Below are positions 35,926 through 45,330 of a DNA stretch of 64,000 bases, piece by piece. Origin of the DNA: Parcubacteria group bacterium Gr01-1014_8 (GTDB lineage Bacteria; Patescibacteriota; Minisyncoccia; Phycocordibacterales; UBA2100). The notes beneath the pieces are model-generated. The model searched no databases and was not told the DNA's origin. It saw only the letters and a program-made list of their open reading frames with translations. How positions within the stretch are numbered: the stretch's first letter is position 1; every line of letters begins with the position of its first letter. Location of the stretch: assembly GCA_007376385.1 (NCBI GenBank), contig VMGC01000001.1:320001-384000 (forward strand). The letters run 5' to 3'. The position numbers and the translations under genes were made by a program.

Positions 35926-36647
35926 GCGCTGTTCAGAGTGCGACGGTGTGTGGCGTATTGTCACTTGTGTTGGCGATTCTTTTCCCCATGCGAACTTTCG
36001 CGGGCTACGCTGAAAGTGCGTATTACTCGCAGTCGACCTACTACTCGCAGTCGACCTACTACTCGCAGTCGACCTACTATTCACAGGGAACATATGTGAC
36101 GACGTTTAGCAATAACGCGACGGCGGGAACTAATTTCACCGTCGCGGGCACGATTAATAAAGGTTCCGGTTCATTCGTCATCGACCATCCGCTCGATCCA
36201 AAAAATAAGCTGCTCTATCACTCGTTCGTTGAATCTCCTGACGTGAAGAATTTCTACGACGGTATAGCAACGCTCGACACAAAGGGCGAAGCAGTCATTC
36301 GGCTTCCCGCGTATTTTATGGCACTCAACAAAGAATTTCGGTACCAACTAAAACCCATTGGCGGGCCGCAGCCTGATCTGCACATTAAGGATGAAATCTC
36401 AGGAAATCGCTTTACGATTGCGGGTGGCGGGCCACGCGGGCGCGTATCGTGGCAGGTCACGGGGATCCGTCATGATCCGTACATCGAAGCGAATCCTATC
36501 GAGGTCGAGGTAAAAAAAGGTACAGATCCCGAGAAAAGCGTCTTCGTGCTCTATGGAGGGTTTTTGCACGAGGACATTTATCCGCAGACGATCCAACCCG
36601 CGATATCTACATATATGAGAAAGATACTTAGTTTGTTCGGCAATTGA
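35916..36647 (+). CDS. Secreted protein, paralog 3 of 3 with (STYYSQ)x4 tandem repeat and shared C-terminal domain
   Basis: Signal peptide. AYYSQSTYYSQSTYYSQSTYYSQGTY is a perfect 18-nt tandem repeat at 36031-36084. The C-terminus is GSGSFVIDHPLDPKNKLLYHSFVESPDVKNFYDG...VSWQVTGIRHDP. Confidence 0.6.
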   Translation: MQMSAVQSATVCGVLSLVLAILFPMRTFAGYAESAYYSQSTYYSQSTYYSQSTYYSQGTYVTTFSNNATAGTNFTVAGTINKGSGSFVIDHPLDPKNKLLYHSFVESPDVKNFYDGIATLDTKGEAVIRLPAYFMALNKEFRYQLKPIGGPQPDLHIKDEISGNRFTIAGGGPRGRVSWQVTGIRHDPYIEANPIEVEVKKGTDPEKSVFVLYGGFLHEDIYPQTIQPAISTYMRKILSLFGN

Positions 36648-36697
36648 CAGACGACTTATGTAGACATAGAGGAGATGTTATTGCATAGTAGCGCGAT

Positions 36698-37888
36698 ATG
36701 AAAAGGTCCACAGTGCTTTACGCCGTGTCCGCTCTTGTTATTGGAGGTTTTCTTGCGTACTGGTTTGTTCCTCTCGGGCCTGCATATTCTGAAGCAAATA
36801 CCATCGCGGATGGAGCATCAAATTTTAAAGAGCTCGCGGCGCGCTTCGGCGATCTCGCTCGCGAAAAGGGAGGAGCATATGCATTCGAGGTGTTGAAACG
36901 CGCTGAATTGCCGCCGAATACTGACCTGCATTTGTTGGGACATGAGGTCGGAAACATTCTATACGAACAGAAAGGTGTCGATGGTATTGCGGATTGCACG
37001 CAGGATTTTAGAAACGCCTGCTCGCATGCAATTGTTATCGGCGCTTTGAATGAGTTCGGCGGTGAGGCTGCATTACCTCTCATAAGCGATGCGTGCAAAA
37101 AGGCTCCAGGCGGAAGCGGAGCGTACACGATGTGTTATCACGGACTTGGCCATGGCGTGTTCGCGTTCTACAGCTATGACCTTTCAAAAACCGCTGAATT
37201 TTGCAGAAAGACCGGGACTCCCGAATACCACGAACGAGAATATGTTGAATGCGTCGGAGGTTCGGTGATGGAATTGATGGGAGGAGGCGGGCATGATAGG
37301 GAGGCGTGGCTTGCGGCGAGGGAGAAATATCTCGACCCGCATTCACCGCTCTCGCCGTGTATGGACAGCGCTGTGCCGGAAAGAGCGAAAATAATGTGCC
37401 TTACATATCTGACACCTCGTCTGTGGGAATTAGCAGGTATTGATATGGGAAACCCCTCACCTCATATGTTTGCAACTGCGTTCTCGTATTGCGATGCGAT
37501 CCCTCGCTCTCGCCCAGAACTTCGCGGTGCCTGCTACGGAGGGTTTGGCAAAGAATTCTTTCCGCTCGTAGCCTCGCGCGATATTCGCGATGATGTATCG
37601 TATTCAGACAGGCAACTCTCTACCGTCATCGATTGGTGCAGTTTTGCAGGGGATGTCGAAGGAACGTATGCGTGTGTGGGGGATGCGGTTGCGTCCGCAT
37701 TCTGGGGTGGGGAGAAAGATCCGAAAACAGCGTTTAGGCTCTGCGGCGCAGCAGATGGAACGTTGCAAGATGCATGTTTCGAACGACTCGCCGATGAAGT
37801 GACGATGTATATGCGAGGAGCAGAGAAAGATGAGCTATGCGCGCAGATCCCCGCACGTCTCGAGACCAAATGTTCAAAAAGTAGTTAG
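36698..37888 (+). CDS. Exported Cys/His-rich protein, family member P1 (unrecognised family)
   Basis: N-terminal TM anchor. Motifs DCTQDFRNACSHAIVIG, MCYHGLGHGV, ECVGGSVMELMGG and more than 14 Cys. Paralogous to 8 other genes in 37.9-55.2 kb. Confidence 0.65.
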   Translation: MKRSTVLYAVSALVIGGFLAYWFVPLGPAYSEANTIADGASNFKELAARFGDLAREKGGAYAFEVLKRAELPPNTDLHLLGHEVGNILYEQKGVDGIADCTQDFRNACSHAIVIGALNEFGGEAALPLISDACKKAPGGSGAYTMCYHGLGHGVFAFYSYDLSKTAEFCRKTGTPEYHEREYVECVGGSVMELMGGGGHDREAWLAAREKYLDPHSPLSPCMDSAVPERAKIMCLTYLTPRLWELAGIDMGNPSPHMFATAFSYCDAIPRSRPELRGACYGGFGKEFFPLVASRDIRDDVSYSDRQLSTVIDWCSFAGDVEGTYACVGDAVASAFWGGEKDPKTAFRLCGAADGTLQDACFERLADEVTMYMRGAEKDELCAQIPARLETKCSKSS

Positions 37889-37889
37889 T

Positions 37890-38933
37890 ATGCGGTTTCT
37901 GATGTGGATGGGCGGAGGAGTGCTTGCCGCTCTTTTTTCGTTTTTCCTGTTCCATTCATTGTATGCTGGGGGCGATCTATTCGTGCCGCATGAGTACGCA
38001 CCATTCGAAGAACAACGTGCGTATTGGCAACATCTCATCGAAAAAGAAGGTGCCGAAAACGCTCTCACTGCATTTTCTGTCCGAGTCGGATCATTATCTC
38101 TGAATACGCAGCATCAATTGGCTCACTCGTTCGGCGCTGCGCTTTTCCAGGCGGAAGGTATTGGTGGCATTTTCATATGCGATGCGCGATATTCGTTTGG
38201 TTGTTTCCATCAGTTCTTAGGAGATGCGATACAGGCGCTTGGTATCGAGCGTGTTCCGGATCTGAACACACGTTGCTTTGATGCGTCATCCGTAAGTCCC
38301 ATTTCTTGTACGCACGGCATTGGTCACGGGGTCCTCGCCTCGCTTGGGTATGATGATATAGCTCTCCAAAAAGGGCTCGAGATATGCAAAGGTCTGCCGG
38401 GAACGGAGCCCATTGGAGGATGTTATGGAGGCATTTTTATGGAATACAACGTACGCACAATGCTCGCAGAGCAGGCGACGGTACGAGAGTACGAAGGAAA
38501 TGTGTATGCGCCATGCGATTCGCTTGCGGCTGAATTTGTTCAAGGTTGCATATATTGGCAGCCACAATGGTGGCTTGTGACAGTGCTTGATGGGGTCTCT
38601 TCGGAAAAAGCGTATGCGAAAATGGGTTCATATTGCCGAGAATTCGCAAAAACACCGGAGTTATTGCGTGCATGTTTTGAAGGCTTGGGAAATATTGTCG
38701 AAGATGAGGCGGAGTATGAGCCATTGCAGGCGCGGAGGCTTTGTGACGCCGCAGGCGCGGGTACTCTGAGCAGCGTATATTGTCGCTCCGTCGGCGCGAA
38801 TCATTTTGGCATTGATGGCGGGGAAGATCAGGCTGTGTTGGTGTGCGAAGATCTTCAAGGAGACAAGAGAGCATATTGTATGGCGTATGCAAAAAATGAG
38901 ATAGGCCTCGCGCCGGAATTACGTGAATTATGA
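37890..38933 (+). CDS. Exported Cys/His-rich protein, family member P2
   Basis: Start placed at MRFLMWMGGG, right after the P1 stop. Motifs CFHQFLGDA, SCTHGIGHGV and GCYGGIFMEYN. Confidence 0.6.
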   Translation: MRFLMWMGGGVLAALFSFFLFHSLYAGGDLFVPHEYAPFEEQRAYWQHLIEKEGAENALTAFSVRVGSLSLNTQHQLAHSFGAALFQAEGIGGIFICDARYSFGCFHQFLGDAIQALGIERVPDLNTRCFDASSVSPISCTHGIGHGVLASLGYDDIALQKGLEICKGLPGTEPIGGCYGGIFMEYNVRTMLAEQATVREYEGNVYAPCDSLAAEFVQGCIYWQPQWWLVTVLDGVSSEKAYAKMGSYCREFAKTPELLRACFEGLGNIVEDEAEYEPLQARRLCDAAGAGTLSSVYCRSVGANHFGIDGGEDQAVLVCEDLQGDKRAYCMAYAKNEIGLAPELREL

Positions 38934-40063
38934 ACCGTTTATTTCTCGTAGTAATTGTGTTTATAGCGTTCGCTTTTATGGGATGGCAGGTGTGGGGCGA
39001 TGTGGACCCATTTGCTGAGTGTACCGGAGTCCATCGCAACGAATGTCTGGGCGCTGTCCTCAAAGAGATGGCAGATGTGCAGGGGATCGCGGCTGCGTTC
39101 GAGTCATTTACAGAACTTTACGACGAGCCGGATTTCACGAAAGATTGCCATCCAATAGTGCACGAAATGGGAAAAGGCGCATATGAGCGGTACAAACGAG
39201 GAAAACCACTCGAGGCGGTTCATGAACTTTCCTATTGCAGCTACGGTTTTTATCACGGATTTTTGGAAGCCATGGTACCGGATACTGGAGACCCCAAAAA
39301 GGCTCGTGAGTTGTGCGATAAGTTACAAGATGGCGTGACGGACGGCAGATCAGTTATCGGTCCTTGTCTTCATGGTTTTGGTCATGGGGTGACAGACGGC
39401 ACGAGGCCAGAGCGTTGGGGGAGTTTTGAGACCATGTCTGAGCCTTCGCTCGAGATATGTTCGTCTATCGCGCGACGTGATGATGAAAAAATGCTCTGTG
39501 CAGGCGGAGTTTTCAACGCGATCTCTATCATGTCGCTTTACAAGAAAAATGGGCTTGTCATTGATAAGGTGCATCCATACGCTCCGTGCGAGAAGCAAAC
39601 AGATGTGCGTGTCCGTGAGGCTTGCTTTCGGAATTTTCACCCGACAGTTTCTCATATAAATCATGAGCATTTTTTGCTTGCAGCGCACCAGGTTGAGGCA
39701 TTAGAGAAGGATGCGGATGCAATTCCCGCGATGGAGAACCTTGCGATCTATCAGTCAAGGAGGATGACCGAAGAATACACGGACCCATATATCGCTGCCT
39801 TTTGTCATCGAGTCCAGCCGCGGTTGCAGAACATGTGCGTAGAAGGTTTCGCGGTAGGTTTTCTTATCTTTGGCACACCAGGCGAAGAATATGAACGCGC
39901 TCTCACGTTCTGTCAGAATACCGAACTTCGCGGTGAACACGAGGAGCATTGCCTCAGACGAGTCATACAGTCTTCGAAGCAGCAATATTCAAGGGACGTG
40001 TATAAAAAAGTATGCATGAAAGTTCCGAGAGCGTTTCAGTACCTTTGCGAAGAACCCGCGTAA
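38930..40063 (+). CDS. Exported Cys/His-rich protein, family member P3
   Basis: Motifs DCHPIVHEMG, YCSYGFYHGF, PCLHGFGHGV and LCAGGVFNA. ATGA overlap with P2. Confidence 0.65.
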   Translation: MNRLFLVVIVFIAFAFMGWQVWGDVDPFAECTGVHRNECLGAVLKEMADVQGIAAAFESFTELYDEPDFTKDCHPIVHEMGKGAYERYKRGKPLEAVHELSYCSYGFYHGFLEAMVPDTGDPKKARELCDKLQDGVTDGRSVIGPCLHGFGHGVTDGTRPERWGSFETMSEPSLEICSSIARRDDEKMLCAGGVFNAISIMSLYKKNGLVIDKVHPYAPCEKQTDVRVREACFRNFHPTVSHINHEHFLLAAHQVEALEKDADAIPAMENLAIYQSRRMTEEYTDPYIAAFCHRVQPRLQNMCVEGFAVGFLIFGTPGEEYERALTFCQNTELRGEHEEHCLRRVIQSSKQQYSRDVYKKVCMKVPRAFQYLCEEPA

Positions 40064-40127
40064 AGAACCCTGCGACAGAAAGCGTGGGGCGTTCTCGGCG
40101 AGTCCGGTAAAGTACGTTCATTCATTT

Positions 40128-41636
40128 TCATCGGACTTCCAACAACCATGACAGTGCGTTATTCGCGTACGCGTCGCATGCGTCTAGCTCTTCGAATCCA
40201 AGAGCCTTGCAAATGACGTCGTTCTTGAAGCCCGCAAATTCACGCCAGTGTGTCGCACGCATAAAAAGAGCTCCTAGAAGGCAATTTTGTTGGTCGTTCG
40301 ATCCTGGGCCCATCTGACATTTTTCTACTACTTCTGAGTCAGTGAGATTCAGCCATGGGAGAGCGGTGTTGAATCCGATGCCAGTGAAGCACTTATCCCT
40401 GAATCGTGATGGGGCGCGGAGGCATCCCTTGATCGACTCTTCGCTGAAATAACCAGGGCTCCAAACGGTGGATTGATTCAAGTAACAGATCTCAAGCATT
40501 GGATCGTCTCCAGCAAGTTCGAGGGCATCGCACGGAAAATCAGGCCGTGTTTTATCGAGCCATGTTGTCGTATGTCCGCGTACGCCGAATCCAAGGGTGA
40601 CGAATACATTTTCCATGAATGCGCCGTGATAGCACATCTTTTTCCCACGTTCGTACGTGACAAGATCGCGGCACTTTTGCAGCGACAAGGGAAGGTCATA
40701 ATTGTGATACACCATGAGCCCATGGCCGATGACGTGCTCGCAGAAGATGCCTCGCAGCGAGTCAGCATTCTCTTTTAAACACCCCGCCGCATACTTTTTT
40801 ACGGTCTCATCGTCTCCGACATTTCCAAGTGATGATTCGATGACACCGTGGTAAAAACCGAATTGGCATCTTGTGTCTATCATCTGTTCATCGAGTATTG
40901 AGAGGCCGTTCAGCGCGTATGCGATACGGCCTAAAAAGTGTGCCTCCGAATGACACTCTCCCACCGCTACCTGCGAACCTGGATTATCCGGACGCTGTGA
41001 AGGATCCATCGAATCCTTGACCAGTTCATCGAGCATTTTTTCGTATCCGAACACGCGCATCCAATATTCGAGTTCAGCGTCAGTCCTGCTCACCTCTATC
41101 ATATTCAATTTTTCCAACACCGATACTCCAGATCTCGGAAAAAATCTGAAATAGAAATGCATCAGCGACGCATGAAATTTTCGAGCAGGAGATAGCGCCC
41201 CATAACGAGGCAGCTCGGATGGATCTCCGCTCCCCGAATCCTTGACTAGTACCGTACCTGAACGTTCCGGGTCCATGTGGTCATGAAAATTCCACGTTCC
41301 TGCTTGTTTGAATTTAAAGCGGAATGATGCGTCTTGCAGCAGTTCGTGGCAAGAATCGAATCCTTTATACGCGTCAGTGCCGCACTCACGGATATCCGAC
41401 CCGGGATATTGTGTATGCGTGGGATGTACGTCAGATGCAATCCAATGAGGTTCGGTGTCTTCATTCACGAAAAGGACGCTTTCTCCTTGGACTATCTCAA
41501 CCTGCGACGGTTCAAAACCGCTCGCCGTCATGCGAATCGTAGTGTATGTAGTTTCTGCCGAGAGTGTCTGCGGCAGTGCGCAAAGAATTGATAGCAGGAC
41601 GAGAGATGCGTTGGAAGCTGCTGTTTTTTTTGTCAT
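40128..41636 (-). CDS. Exported Cys/His-rich family member P4 with N-terminal His-rich cupredoxin-like domain
   Basis: Signal peptide. N-terminal domain TIRMTASGFEPSQVEIVQGESVLFVNED...WNFHDHMDPERSGTVLV, then the family motifs ECHSEAHFLG, RCQFGFYHGV, FCEHVIGHGL and MCYHGAFMEN. Confidence 0.65.
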   Translation of the reverse strand: MTKKTAASNASLVLLSILCALPQTLSAETTYTTIRMTASGFEPSQVEIVQGESVLFVNEDTEPHWIASDVHPTHTQYPGSDIRECGTDAYKGFDSCHELLQDASFRFKFKQAGTWNFHDHMDPERSGTVLVKDSGSGDPSELPRYGALSPARKFHASLMHFYFRFFPRSGVSVLEKLNMIEVSRTDAELEYWMRVFGYEKMLDELVKDSMDPSQRPDNPGSQVAVGECHSEAHFLGRIAYALNGLSILDEQMIDTRCQFGFYHGVIESSLGNVGDDETVKKYAAGCLKENADSLRGIFCEHVIGHGLMVYHNYDLPLSLQKCRDLVTYERGKKMCYHGAFMENVFVTLGFGVRGHTTTWLDKTRPDFPCDALELAGDDPMLEICYLNQSTVWSPGYFSEESIKGCLRAPSRFRDKCFTGIGFNTALPWLNLTDSEVVEKCQMGPGSNDQQNCLLGALFMRATHWREFAGFKNDVICKALGFEELDACDAYANNALSWLLEVR

Positions 41637-41664
41637 CGAACCCTAGTATAGCGGAAGAAGTTTT

Positions 41665-43245
41665 TCAGGCTACTTCGCGTTTTCTGATGATGAGGAACAC
41701 GATCGAGAGGATGGGAAGTATGAGCACATATTCTCCTAGAAGTGAGTACAGGGTTTTCGTGTCTTTGAGCGGCACTGATGCTGCGAGTATAGAAGGAGCT
41801 GAGTCAGAGCGCATCTCCACTTTTCCGCGGTTTGTGACGATGGAAGATGCCAGCCCGTTTCCTGCGATAGCTATGTAGCGATCATTTTCGACCGCACGTA
41901 CCTTTCCTAGGGAAAGTACGAGGTTGTCTACCAGATGCGATCCATGGAACCACGCCTGTCCGGCTGGATTTACGAATACCCGTGCTCCGCCCTGGGCAAG
42001 TTTCTGGTACAGATTTGGCGAGAGAATATCCGAACAGAAAAGCGCTCCGACTTCTGTTCCGTTGATATGTGCAGGGAACAGTTTTGTTCCTGAAGCAACG
42101 GAACGTTCCCTCATTGTGCTCTGCTCTGCATCAGACACACCAATAAGGCGGAGCAGCATGGCAAAGAGCCAGGGCGTATATTCTCCCTGTGGCACCAAGA
42201 ATATCTTCCGGTATGTTTCAGGCATCAAGGTGCCGTTTTCGTACATACGCATCTGGACGTATCTTTCAGAACCCGTTCTCACCGGACCTGAGTCAATGAA
42301 TGTAACGGCGTGATCGGGAAAAACTAACTTCGCGAATTCAGTCGGGTCTTCGTTACTATGAACGAAAAAATCTGTCGCTTCCGGAAAGACAATGATATCC
42401 GGCGGCTCATTTTCTTTTGCCCATATTCGTATGTATTCTGCGACTTCGCGTGCATGTTTTCGCTTGACCTCTAACGAATACAGCGAGGTGACAGGCATGC
42501 TTGTTGAAACGAGTGCGACACGCACCGATCCAGATTCATTTTGAAAAGTCCAACTCGGAAGAGAATAGGCTCTATCAAGAGCCGCAAGAGTCAACGCTCC
42601 GGAGAGGATAAGTGCGAACACGAGCCCTCGTTTTCTCGCGTTTTCATACTGAAAAATTACGTGATACAGAGAAAAGCCGAGAAAGACCGCAAGAAAGGTC
42701 AGTATGTATATGCCGCCAATGGAAGCGGATCGAAGAAAAGGAGAAAAATTAGTAAGAGAATATCCGAGCATCGTAGGTGAGAAGTGCGGGCCGGAAAATG
42801 AAAGGTCGCGTGCTGTGAGTATGGCAAATCCCCACATTTGCGCGTATTGCAATACTGTCCAAAGAGAAGCGGCAAGCAGTGCGGCATAGAAACCTGAGCG
42901 CTTGGATCGGACAAAGCCAGCCGCAAAGAGTGAGAAAAAGACGGCGAGGACGAGAGTGACCATGAGCCATGAGAACCCTACGAATATGATCCCTTTCCAC
43001 GGAGGAGAACCAGTCCAGTCGAGTGGCAACACGTCCCAGAACCATGCTATGGCAGTACCGCTGTAGGCAAAGCCAAAGAGAAGTCCAAGTATTGACGCAT
43101 CTCGGTATTGTTTCTCTTGCAGGCGGTGCAATACGTGAGCGAAGGGAATGAGTCCGAATACGGATACCAGCCATATGGACGGGAACAGTATTCCCGATGC
43201 AGCGATAACGCCTGAGAATATTGCAAGCAAACCAAAGACTACCAT
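41665..43245 (-). CDS. lnt: Apolipoprotein N-acyltransferase
   Basis: About 7 N-terminal TM helices, a C-terminal CN-hydrolase domain with FPEA (Glu), Lys, and GALFCSDI (catalytic Cys), then a terminal TM helix; 526 aa. Confidence 0.7.
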   Translation of the reverse strand: MVVFGLLAIFSGVIAASGILFPSIWLVSVFGLIPFAHVLHRLQEKQYRDASILGLLFGFAYSGTAIAWFWDVLPLDWTGSPPWKGIIFVGFSWLMVTLVLAVFFSLFAAGFVRSKRSGFYAALLAASLWTVLQYAQMWGFAILTARDLSFSGPHFSPTMLGYSLTNFSPFLRSASIGGIYILTFLAVFLGFSLYHVIFQYENARKRGLVFALILSGALTLAALDRAYSLPSWTFQNESGSVRVALVSTSMPVTSLYSLEVKRKHAREVAEYIRIWAKENEPPDIIVFPEATDFFVHSNEDPTEFAKLVFPDHAVTFIDSGPVRTGSERYVQMRMYENGTLMPETYRKIFLVPQGEYTPWLFAMLLRLIGVSDAEQSTMRERSVASGTKLFPAHINGTEVGALFCSDILSPNLYQKLAQGGARVFVNPAGQAWFHGSHLVDNLVLSLGKVRAVENDRYIAIAGNGLASSIVTNRGKVEMRSDSAPSILAASVPLKDTKTLYSLLGEYVLILPILSIVFLIIRKREVA

Positions 43246-44114
43246 CGTAAAGATCCGCGATAATCAGCGAGTCGGATGGAAAAGACGATATGCAGGATCG
43301 CCCAGATATAAAAGAAGAGCGGAGGGAATACATACGCGAGTACGATAGAACCCCACGCGGTATATGCAAATAGCGCATACAGAGCAAAAACAATGGCATG
43401 GATCGCAAGCATATCCTTCACATATGCACTTTGACGGTCAGGCTTGCTTCCGAATCGAAAATAAAAGTGCACGTACCAGCATACGTAATGCAGCAGAATG
43501 ACCGAGCCGGTGAGTTTTGTCGATGAAACTTGAATGTCAAAAAACCACAACGCAAATAGTCCTGCGGTGATAAGCAAAAGATACGCACTCAGTGCATCAG
43601 GACGGTATGTTCCGATCGCAATGCTCGCGACATAGGGAACTAGCAACACGATCGCGAGCATGACAAGAGACGAAGAGAATGTGGCTCCCAACATATATCT
43701 TGAGATAAGAGCTGTGAAAAGAAGCACTGGCGGCAACTGTTCAAGAGCGCGAGAGAGAGAACGTTCCTTCCCGAAGAGCGTCACTTCATCCTGAAAATGA
43801 TGTATGAAAAACACTACAGAAGCGACGAGAGCAAACCATGCTACTTGATCCGTTAGAATGGCAAGTGTGAACAGTGCAGTTGTAAGAGTAACGAATGCAG
43901 CGACCCACGTCATCGTCATCTTACCGGCTTTCCATTGGTAGTAGTATGCCCCGAGAAAATGACCTTGGCCGAAGATACTGAATGCGAGTCCGACCTGCAG
44001 GGGAGAAAGGTAGTAAACCGCAAGCGCGACAATGGCGAGGCCAAGCGATTTTTGTATGACCAATTCACGTGTCATAGTAGAAGTATGGTAGCACATACTG
44101 GCATATGAAATCAC
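43239..44114 (-). CDS. Polytopic membrane protein of unknown function (~8 TM)
   Basis: 291-aa hydrophobic ORF overlapping the lnt start by 7 nt. No motif recognised. Confidence 0.45.
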   Translation of the reverse strand: MISYASMCYHTSTMTRELVIQKSLGLAIVALAVYYLSPLQVGLAFSIFGQGHFLGAYYYQWKAGKMTMTWVAAFVTLTTALFTLAILTDQVAWFALVASVVFFIHHFQDEVTLFGKERSLSRALEQLPPVLLFTALISRYMLGATFSSSLVMLAIVLLVPYVASIAIGTYRPDALSAYLLLITAGLFALWFFDIQVSSTKLTGSVILLHYVCWYVHFYFRFGSKPDRQSAYVKDMLAIHAIVFALYALFAYTAWGSIVLAYVFPPLFFYIWAILHIVFSIRLADYRGSLRW

Positions 44115-45304
44115 ATCTTATTTTGATCGTGGGAGGCATAGGGCTATTTTTGCTTGGTATTTTTTTCATAGTCTCTATGCCAGTAGGTGCAATCGTCGTC
44201 GAAGACGTCGTTGAAGATCTAGGGGAATGTCTCCACGAGAATCAGGCAGAATTAGAGAGTTTTCCATGCGTGAGGGAGAAAATACAGTCGCTTCTTCTCG
44301 AATTGCCTGCGCATGAGATCATGCGTGCGGTTGAAGCGTCGTTTCCATATCAGTGTCATGCTGTTGGTCATATTCTCGGGCAAGAAACGTACAAGATGCT
44401 CGGCTCAGTGGAAAGCGCCTTCGGAGCATGCTCTCCTGCCTCGTGCGTTCACGCGTGCACACACGGAGTTGTCGGGGAAGTCTTTCTCTCTACACCCGGG
44501 ATAGGAGGATTGCCAGAAGAATGGAGGCATCCGAACATCGACTTGATACGCTCGGAAGGCTCTTTGCTTTGCAGGGATAGAACGACATGTCATGCGGTCG
44601 GTCATGTACTTTTTTTACTTTTTTTTGAGGACCTCTCAGGTGCGCTTTCTATGTGTGATGAAATCGCAGGAGATGAGGCATTTACATGTCACAGCGGCAT
44701 ATTTATGGAGAATGGTGGCGGGACATTTGCGCGCACGATCCCTGGCTTAGATGTTGAGCGGGAAGAGTATCGTGACCCCACTGATCTTCTTTCTCCCTGC
44801 AATACGGTCGCTGACCGCTACAAAAAGGCATGCTTTAGATTCTTGTATATAAATCAATATGACTATTTTAAGGATCACGGCATTACTGATCCGCATACGA
44901 TCTTCAACACGCAGACGGATGCCTGCGGTATTGTCACGGATCGTTTGCAGCGCAGAGCATGTTTCAGAAGCGTGGGCTGGTCTCTCCAGGGGATGCGCCG
45001 ACCGCTTCTTTCCGCGCACGTGCTCTGCAACTCGCTGACTGTCATAGAGGATCGCAGTGCATGTCTTTTTGGCGTGAGCGATTCATTCACGGATCAGGGT
45101 ATGAGCATCTCGGAAACCGGAGGGGCGTGCAGAGCAGTAAACAATGAGCAAGGCAAACGCGCATGTTATGGAGGAATTTTCATGGCACTTTCAGACAGAG
45201 AACCTGGTCTTCTCCCAAGCGTGTGCGATGGCGCTTCTGACAGCGCATGTCAAATGTCGTTGCAGGAATTTTTAGCGAATCCAGACAGTCGTGATTCTAT
45301 TTAG
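44105..45304 (+). CDS. Exported Cys/His-rich protein, family member P5
   Basis: TM anchor. Motifs YQCHAVGHILG, SCVHACTHGVVGE, TCHAVGHVLF and TCHSGIFMENGG. Confidence 0.6.
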   Translation: MKSHLILIVGGIGLFLLGIFFIVSMPVGAIVVEDVVEDLGECLHENQAELESFPCVREKIQSLLLELPAHEIMRAVEASFPYQCHAVGHILGQETYKMLGSVESAFGACSPASCVHACTHGVVGEVFLSTPGIGGLPEEWRHPNIDLIRSEGSLLCRDRTTCHAVGHVLFLLFFEDLSGALSMCDEIAGDEAFTCHSGIFMENGGGTFARTIPGLDVEREEYRDPTDLLSPCNTVADRYKKACFRFLYINQYDYFKDHGITDPHTIFNTQTDACGIVTDRLQRRACFRSVGWSLQGMRRPLLSAHVLCNSLTVIEDRSACLFGVSDSFTDQGMSISETGGACRAVNNEQGKRACYGGIFMALSDREPGLLPSVCDGASDSACQMSLQEFLANPDSRDSI

Positions 45305-45330
45305 ACACTATTTACTCAATTGTTGGCACA

